DNA of 64,000 nucleotides from an uncultured bacterium (GTDB lineage Bacteria; Chloroflexota; UBA5177; JANWHV01): NCBI GenBank assembly GCA_963827235.1, contig CAWHAE010000012.1, positions 1,504,001 to 1,568,000 of the forward strand, read 5' to 3'. Shown piece by piece: positions 57,726 to 64,000 of this stretch (position 1 is its first letter; each line of letters starts with the position of its first letter). The notes under the pieces were generated by a model. It saw only the letters and a program-made list of their open reading frames with translations, ran no database searches and was not told where the DNA came from. The position numbers and the translations under genes were made by a program.

Positions 57726-60700
57726 TTAGCCGGCGGCCGGCAGGTTGGCGAGCGGCAACGTGAGACGGAACACCGTGCCGCCGGGTCCAGTACACTCCAG
57801 AGCCAGGTCGCCGCTCGCCGCCTGAGCCAGGCTGCGGCTCACGAAGAGTCCGAGGCCGGTGCCCACGCGCCCGGAGCGAATGGGGCCGCTCTGCACGCGG
57901 CCGAAGGGCTTGAACAGGTGTTCCCGCCCCTCGGCCGCGATGCCGCACCCGCGATCGCGCACGCGCACGGCCACAAGCGGCCCCTCCGCTCTCCAGACCA
58001 CGTCGATCGGAGATTCCTCCGGAGAGTACTTCGCCGCGTTGTCGATCACGTTCAGCAGAATCTGGACGACACGATCCGGGTCGGCGAGGGCCACCATATC
58101 GGCAGGGCCATCCAGATCGATGCGTTGGCGCCGGTAGATCGCGCGCACCTCGTCCACGGCTCGGTCGACCGCGCCGGCGATCGTGACCGGCGCGCGGCGG
58201 CTGTCGAATGCACCCAACTCGAGCCTGGTCACGAGCAGCAGGTCCTCCACCAGTCGCTGTTGCCGGTTCGCCGCTGCCACGATGCGATTGAGACGATCGA
58301 GCCGGGCCGCATCCTCCATCCGCGCCCAGTGCGCCTGCAGAAGCTCGGCATAGCCCACGATCGCCGTGAGCGGCGTGCGAAGCTCATGACTCACGGCGGC
58401 CACGAAGTTGCTGCGCAGCCGTGCTACTTCCTCTGCCGCCAACCGCGCGCGCTCCGCTTCGAGTCGAGTGGCGGCAAGCTGCCTATCCAGCTCCTCCGCC
58501 CGGGCCGCGGTCGCGCGGTAGACTTCTCTGTCGATATGTTCCAGCGCCTCCTCGAGCTGTTGTGCCCGCGCGTTGCGCACGACGCGAAAGGTCACTTCAA
58601 GCGGTGCGCTCCAGTTCCCACCCCAGTTGCAGGCCGAGACACGAAAGACGTAGAGCCCCGGCCGCAGGTTCGTATAGCGTCGACTGCGCTGGGTAGTAGG
58701 AGACGACCAGCTCTCCTCCAGCCCCTGGAGCTGGACGCGATAGAGCACCAGCATCGGACCCGAGAAGCACACGGCACCGTACTCGAACTGCAGATCGTAG
58801 GCGGTATCCTCGATCTGCAGGTCCTCGGTGAGCTCGCACTCTTCACCAAGCACGCGGAACGCGGTGAGAAATACCTCGCTCGGCGGCACGTCGTCGGGTA
58901 TCAGCCCGGTGTCGACGATGCCTACTCCCTTGATCGTGCCCACCCAGAGCCGGCCGCGCCCATCGAGATGGAGCGATCCGCCCACGCATTCTCGGTGTGG
59001 TAGGCCCATGCTCTGGTCGATGGTCACGCACTGGCCGGTCTTGGCATTGAGCCGGCTGATGCCATGGCTCGTTCCCAGCCAGACGCAGCCCTGGGGATCG
59101 CTGCGACAGCTATACGCGGCATCGCCGCGAAGGCCACCGCCCATGGCGATGCGCCGCACCACGACCGCTTGCCGGGGATCGACGCAGGCGACGCCGGACC
59201 CACCGATGCACGCCCAGAGCATGCCCTCGGCATCGCAGGTCACGTCCTCGACCAATCGCGGTGTCTCGTCGCCGCTCAGCGACACGACATGCAGGACGGT
59301 ACATTGCAACGGGTCGACGCAGACGAGCTGACCCGAGGCCGTGCCGGCCCACAGCATGCCGTCCCGGTCGCCGGCCAGCGAGGCGAGGTAGGCCTCCGGC
59401 AGGCCATCGCCGATCGTGATCTCGCCGGAGACGTCCAGAGTGCGAAGGTCGATACGGAGCAGGCCGTGGCGTGCCGTCGCGGCCCACAGGTCATGCTCGC
59501 CAACCGGACACAGAGCGAACACGGTGGCCGCGCGATCCACGAGCAGATCGGCATAGAGCGCCCCCGAGGACGGGTCCAGACCAAGCAGCCCCTGCCGGCG
59601 GGTGCCAACCCACAAATGCCCATCCTGCCCGAACACGGCGCAGCCAACCGCCGTTTGCATGAGCGCTTCGGGCAGGGCTTCCAGCGTCACGGTCCGCTCA
59701 CTGCCGCAGTCGATCGCGCCAAGCCCGCTTTCCGTGCCCAGGAACAGCCGCCCGTGCCCGTCGCCGGCAAACGTCCAGACCACCCTCCGGTCGCGGGCAG
59801 AGCCGTCGCTCAACGCACGGGCGATGCGTTGCGAGCCGTGGAGGATGGCGAGTCCCATGGGAGTTCCCGCCCAAACACACCCATCACGGTCGCACAGCAA
59901 CGCCGTGATGCAGGCGGACGGAAGACCGTCGGCCGTGGACACGACGTCGCACAGTGTACCGTCGTCCAGCACGTAGGCGCCCGCGCGGGTTCCGACCCAG
60001 AGGCGGCCTTGCTCGTCGCCGCACATGGCCAGCACCTGGGCATCGCACTGCAAGGCGCGAGTCATGTGCAAACCGCCCCGCGGGTCAATCTCGGCCCGGC
60101 AGACTCCACCATCCGCCAATCCCAGCCAGATGGATCCTCGGGCATCACGGTGGAGACACTGCACGGCACCCGTGTCGAGCGAGCCGCGCCGCGAAGCGCC
60201 CGGGCTCGGCTCGCCGGCATCGAGCACAAGCAGCTCCCTATCGGTCCCGACCCACATCCGGCCGTCCGGATCGGTGCAGAGCGCGTTGACGTGTGGAGCA
60301 GGCAGACCGGAATTGCCGCCCACGTGGTGCACAACGTGCTCGTGCTCGAGCACGGCGATGCCATCGGGAGTGCCGGCCCAGAGCCGGCCTCGCGCGTCGG
60401 CGCACAGGGCACGAATGGTGTTGTCAGGCAGGCCGTGCGTGGTGGTCAAACGTCGAACGAGGTGGGGTCCCGCCTTGCCGGTATCTACCTGAGCAAGCCC
60501 GCTGCCGGGCGCGCCGATCCATACGGTTCGCCGAGCGGTGAAACAGAAGCGATGATGGCTGCATCCGCGCAGCGAGGCCAAACCCGGGGGCTCCCAGCCA
60601 AACGAGCCGTCGAACAGCATGGGCCCGTGCTCGCAGCCGATCCACAGGCATCCGCGCGCGTCCTGGGCAAGGCCGGTCACCGGCCACGGAGGAAGATCGG

Positions 60701-60791
60701 CCGGATCGGGAGAATCCGCGAACTCTTCCGGGTCCACGCAGAGAGAAACCCGGCCGGACCGGATGATCCTATACGCTGTCGAGCAGCTCAC
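57726..60791 (-). CDS. Beta-propeller (Reg_prop) + Y_Y_Y + histidine kinase, no evident TM segment
   Basis: Many DxxGxLWxGT repeats, GLP motifs, YTNLRPGLYVFRV, VSHELRTPL, NVIDNAAKYS, GTGLGLF. Confidence 0.9.
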   Translation of the reverse strand: MSCSTAYRIIRSGRVSLCVDPEEFADSPDPADLPPWPVTGLAQDARGCLWIGCEHGPMLFDGSFGWEPPGLASLRGCSHHRFCFTARRTVWIGAPGSGLAQVDTGKAGPHLVRRLTTTHGLPDNTIRALCADARGRLWAGTPDGIAVLEHEHVVHHVGGNSGLPAPHVNALCTDPDGRMWVGTDRELLVLDAGEPSPGASRRGSLDTGAVQCLHRDARGSIWLGLADGGVCRAEIDPRGGLHMTRALQCDAQVLAMCGDEQGRLWVGTRAGAYVLDDGTLCDVVSTADGLPSACITALLCDRDGCVWAGTPMGLAILHGSQRIARALSDGSARDRRVVWTFAGDGHGRLFLGTESGLGAIDCGSERTVTLEALPEALMQTAVGCAVFGQDGHLWVGTRRQGLLGLDPSSGALYADLLVDRAATVFALCPVGEHDLWAATARHGLLRIDLRTLDVSGEITIGDGLPEAYLASLAGDRDGMLWAGTASGQLVCVDPLQCTVLHVVSLSGDETPRLVEDVTCDAEGMLWACIGGSGVACVDPRQAVVVRRIAMGGGLRGDAAYSCRSDPQGCVWLGTSHGISRLNAKTGQCVTIDQSMGLPHRECVGGSLHLDGRGRLWVGTIKGVGIVDTGLIPDDVPPSEVFLTAFRVLGEECELTEDLQIEDTAYDLQFEYGAVCFSGPMLVLYRVQLQGLEESWSSPTTQRSRRYTNLRPGLYVFRVSACNWGGNWSAPLEVTFRVVRNARAQQLEEALEHIDREVYRATAARAEELDRQLAATRLEAERARLAAEEVARLRSNFVAAVSHELRTPLTAIVGYAELLQAHWARMEDAARLDRLNRIVAAANRQQRLVEDLLLVTRLELGAFDSRRAPVTIAGAVDRAVDEVRAIYRRQRIDLDGPADMVALADPDRVVQILLNVIDNAAKYSPEESPIDVVWRAEGPLVAVRVRDRGCGIAAEGREHLFKPFGRVQSGPIRSGRVGTGLGLFVSRSLAQAASGDLALECTGPGGTVFRLTLPLANLPAAG

Positions 60792-61039
60792 GCGCGTTCA
60801 GCGATCTCTAGGGAGCACCGCGGGTGGACGGGCACGGCTGGTTGCTCAGCGCACCGGCGCGGCGCTCGACATGCGTGCCAGGCTGCAACGCTTCTCACGG
60901 TTCCTGCACACCTCAGAATACGCAGTCCGCACCGGTTTCAGCATATGCCGGTGCCCGGATGATCGCACTCCCCCAGTCGTTCACGCAAGAACTGGCGCCG
61001 CATCGAGCCGTGCTTTCATCGGGGCACGGCGTGGCGGAA

Positions 61040-62065
61040 TTATCCGTATACCGCCTTGAGCACGGAGCAGGCGCGCAAGGTTACCCACTTGCTCGGCCGG
61101 CCCTGCCTGTCGATATCTACCCAGATCTTGCCGTGATAGGCAGCCTCGTTCCTCCACCGTCCCGACTGATCCTGCCGGCCGAGCAGCCAGGCTACCGCCG
61201 CCTGCAGACGAGCGTCCTTCGCGAAGCCCAGCTCGCAGAGCACGGCGACGTTCTGCAGCAGGTCGGCCACGTAACCATGGGGAAAACCCAGCTTGAACCA
61301 GGACGCGCTGGGCTGCGCCGTGCCCCGTCCGGCCGGGTACGCGGCCGTAGCCGGGTCCTGGCTGAATAGAAACGCCACTCCCTGCCGGATGGCACGTTCC
61401 ACGTGAGGGGCACGCCGTTCGGGTGGGATGCGCGCCAGGGCCAGCAGAGCCTTGATCGCTCCCCAGGCGCAGGGTAAGTGCCCGTTTGACCCGCATTGAA
61501 ACCCCGGTCCACTGGTTCCCGAGCGGTAATAGCGGTCGAACTCTTCTCCCGTGATCGAGCGGGCCTGCCAGTCGATGGCGCGTTGCACGCGCTCGTCCTC
61601 CAGGCGGCCAAAGCCGATCAGCGCCCGAAGCAGATTACCGTTCAGGCAGTGGATCACCAGCGATGGCGGGGCAGGAGCGTCCGGTCTGCTCCCACCGCCC
61701 CAGCAGGAAAAGCCGCCTTCCCGGGATTGGCTGTGGGTCAGCACGTAGTCGCATGCTGCCTGCACCCGCGCGTCCGCGCCGTCGGCGCCAAGCTGGTCGA
61801 GAAACATGAGCTGCCAGACCGTGCCCCGGTACTTGGGACCATACCCCGGGCCGGGCTTGACCCAGAAGCCCTCCGGGTCTTGCGCGGCGAGCATGGCGGC
61901 GATGGGGTCGGCTTGCATGGCGGCGGCGCGCGCCTGCCGCACCTCGGGTGCATCCTCCGGCCGCTCGAGGAGCAGGCGCAAAGCCAGGTGGCGAACCGCG
62001 GGGGTCTCGTCTTCGAGCAACCAGGGCAGCGGATCCGCGTTGAGCACGCGTTGCCAGGCCATCAT
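61040..62065 (-). CDS. Prenyltransferase/squalene-cyclase-repeat-like (alpha/alpha barrel) protein
   Basis: DPLPWLLE, AQDPEGFW, SQSREGGF, WFKLGFP, RQDQSGRW, PSKWVTLRA. Confidence 0.75.
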   Translation of the reverse strand: MMAWQRVLNADPLPWLLEDETPAVRHLALRLLLERPEDAPEVRQARAAAMQADPIAAMLAAQDPEGFWVKPGPGYGPKYRGTVWQLMFLDQLGADGADARVQAACDYVLTHSQSREGGFSCWGGGSRPDAPAPPSLVIHCLNGNLLRALIGFGRLEDERVQRAIDWQARSITGEEFDRYYRSGTSGPGFQCGSNGHLPCAWGAIKALLALARIPPERRAPHVERAIRQGVAFLFSQDPATAAYPAGRGTAQPSASWFKLGFPHGYVADLLQNVAVLCELGFAKDARLQAAVAWLLGRQDQSGRWRNEAAYHGKIWVDIDRQGRPSKWVTLRACSVLKAVYG

Positions 62066-62239
62066 GCCTTGTCCCACCCTTCCGACGAGCTTTTCTCGTG
62101 CTTCTATCGTATTCTGTACCGCGGTGCGGTCAGGCGGCAACCGGCATCTGCCGTCTCTCGCGCCATGCCGCGGCATCGGCCGGCTGGGGACGCTGCAGTA
62201 CGATATGCGCGCGGTTGGCACTCGCCGGCGCGCTTCGCG

Positions 62240-62301
62240 CTCTTAGCAAACACTCACCACTCTCTGCGCCCCTGCTTAGCCGCTACTCACAGTGCTCTCA
62301 G
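62240..62301 (+). promoter_or_regulatory. Six-unit heptamer array with 11-bp period, same family as 27517..27578
   Basis: CTCTTAG, CACTCAC, CTCTGCG, TGCTTAG, TACTCAC, CTCTCAG at 62240, 62251, 62262, 62273, 62284, 62295. Confidence 0.7.
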
Positions 62302-62529
62302 ACTGGTGCCCTACGCTGAGCTTGGGTGTTCGAAGACGGACACCGTGCCGCGAGCAACTGAAAGCGTGCCGAAGCACGCACAGTGGCCGGCACTGCTCAG
62401 GCCGACAGGTGGGAGCGCAGCGTGGCGCAATCAACCGCCGCGCCGCGAGAGACGGCCTGCCGAACCTCTCGACGGGCAGCACCGCACAGACGAGGCGAGA
62501 ATCGGCGTTTTGCCGGAAAGGACATCACC

Positions 62530-64000
62530 ATGCAGGCATATCAGGCGACGGTGTTGGCTGCACCGCCCTTTACACGCGGACGTGCACGGAGCGTCGCCCG
62601 GACGCTCACCGTGCCCTTTCACCGGCTGGCCCTGGGAGCGATCCTGCTGCTTGCCGCGGTGCTCAATCTCTGGCAGCTCGACAAGCTCGGCTACGCCAAC
62701 AGCTACTACGCCGCCGCGGTGCGGAGCATGCTGCAAAGCTGGCACAACTTCTTCTTCGTCTCCTTCGATCCGGGCGGCTTCGTCAGCATCGACAAGCCGC
62801 CGCTGGGCTTCTGGATCCAGGCGGCCAGTGCCAAGCTCCTCGGCTATAGCGGCACCAGCCTCCTCCTGCCGGAAGCGGTGGCCGGCGTACTTTCCGTCGC
62901 CGTGCTCTACCGGCTGATTGCCCGCCCATGGGGGCGCGGCGCCGGTCTCTTGGCCGCACTCTTTCTGGCCGTCACGCCCGTGAGCGTGGTCACCAGTCGC
63001 AACAACACCATCGACAGCCTGCTCGTGCTCACAGTGCTGCTGGCAGCCTGGGCGGTCTCACGCGCCGTCGAGTCCGGCAGCCTGCGCTGGTTGCTGGCTT
63101 GTGCCGTGCTCGTGGGACTCGGCTTCAACATCAAGATGCTGGAAGCCTATCTGGTCGTGCCGGCCTTTGGCCTGGTCTACCTGGTGGGAGCGCGGACGAG
63201 CCGGCGCAAGCGCATTGGACACCTGGCACTGGCGACGATCGGTATTGCTCGGCGTGTCGCTCTCCTGGGCGGTCGCGGTAGACCTCACTCCGGCGAGCGC
63301 CAGGCCATACGTAGGCTCCAGCGGGGACAACTCCGCCCTCAACCTGGCTCTCGGCTACAACGGCGCGGAGCGCTTGCTCGGCGGCTCCGGCACTCCGGGC
63401 GGCGGGAACAGCAGCAGCGGCGTCAATCTCTTCAACGGTGGTCCGGCCGGCGTGTTCCGCCTGATCGGTACCACTCTGGGCGGCCAGGTGGGCTGGCTGC
63501 TGGCGCTTGCGGTGCTCGGCCTGGCCGTGGCCGCCGTATGCGTGCCGTGGCGGCGGATGGATACGCGCACCCGCTCGCTGATACTCTGGGGCACGTGGCT
63601 ACTGGTCACGGGCGCGTTCTTCAGCGTGGCCGGGTTCTTCCACCCCTACTACACCGTGATGCTGGCCCCAGCCATTGCCGCACTGGCGGCCATCGGCGTG
63701 ACCGTCCTCTGGCGGTCCTACTGTAACCGGGAGCGCCGCGGCTGGCTGCTGCCGGTAGTGCTGCTGGCTTCGGCCGGCGTAGAAGCCTATATTCTGCGCG
63801 ACTACCCGGATTGGAGCCGGTGGCTCACACCCCTGGTAGCAGGCTCCTGCCTGGTGGCGGCGCTGGTGCTCGTCGTGGCACGGTTGCGCCTGCGCCGGCC
63901 GGCCCGCGCTGCTCTCGTGGCCGTGGGTCTGGCCACCATGGCACTTCTGACCCCGCCGACCACGTGGGCGGCATACTCGGTACTCAGCGGAACCACCAAC
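62530..64000 (+). CDS. GT39/ArnT (YkcB-like) membrane glycosyltransferase, frameshift near 63241, runs off the window edge
   Basis: YANSYYAAAVRSM..SWHNFFF..IDKPPLG, SRNNTID, GFNIKML. After the shift: SWAVAVDLTPASARPYVGSS.DNS, LGGQVGWLL, FHPYY. Confidence 0.9.

Noticed and set aside
61040-62065. Possible nitrogenase-related or terpene cyclase gene
   Set aside because: There is no P-loop or Fe-S motif and no DXDD motif; only QW-like repeats are visible.

Overview
GC-rich bacterial chromosomal window. The gene content and style suggest a soil Chloroflexota-like organism, but this is an inference. I recognised no rRNA, tRNA, CRISPR array or intact transposase. In order, the window holds: (1) an IclR-linked divergent catabolic cluster with peptide-type ABC components, two DUF885-like proteins, Gfo/Idh/MocA, SDR, DHDPS-like aldolase and 2-hydroxyacid dehydrogenase; (2) a LacI gene behind a perfect 53-bp palindromic two-way promoter, then a 4.35-kb islet bracketed by 187-bp direct repeats; (3) many signalling genes (AAA-LuxR, ECF sigma, three two-component pairs, two orphan kinases); (4) a GtrA/GT2 operon and a GT39 gene 35 kb apart that share an 11-bp-period heptamer array; (5) duplicated LacI genes with a sugar ABC transporter and GH127; (6) ilvE, an MMPL transporter and a ParE/RelE toxin-antitoxin pair; (7) an Rhs polymorphic-toxin locus; (8) UroD-like, hemerythrin and an apparently soluble beta-propeller kinase. 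The most striking observation is in the Rhs locus: an ART-like C-terminal toxin is followed, in the immunity-gene position, by a stand-alone protein resembling EF-Tu domain III. Five otherwise intact genes carry single-base frameshifts, probably assembly errors. All protein family calls come from motif recognition by eye, not from database searches.
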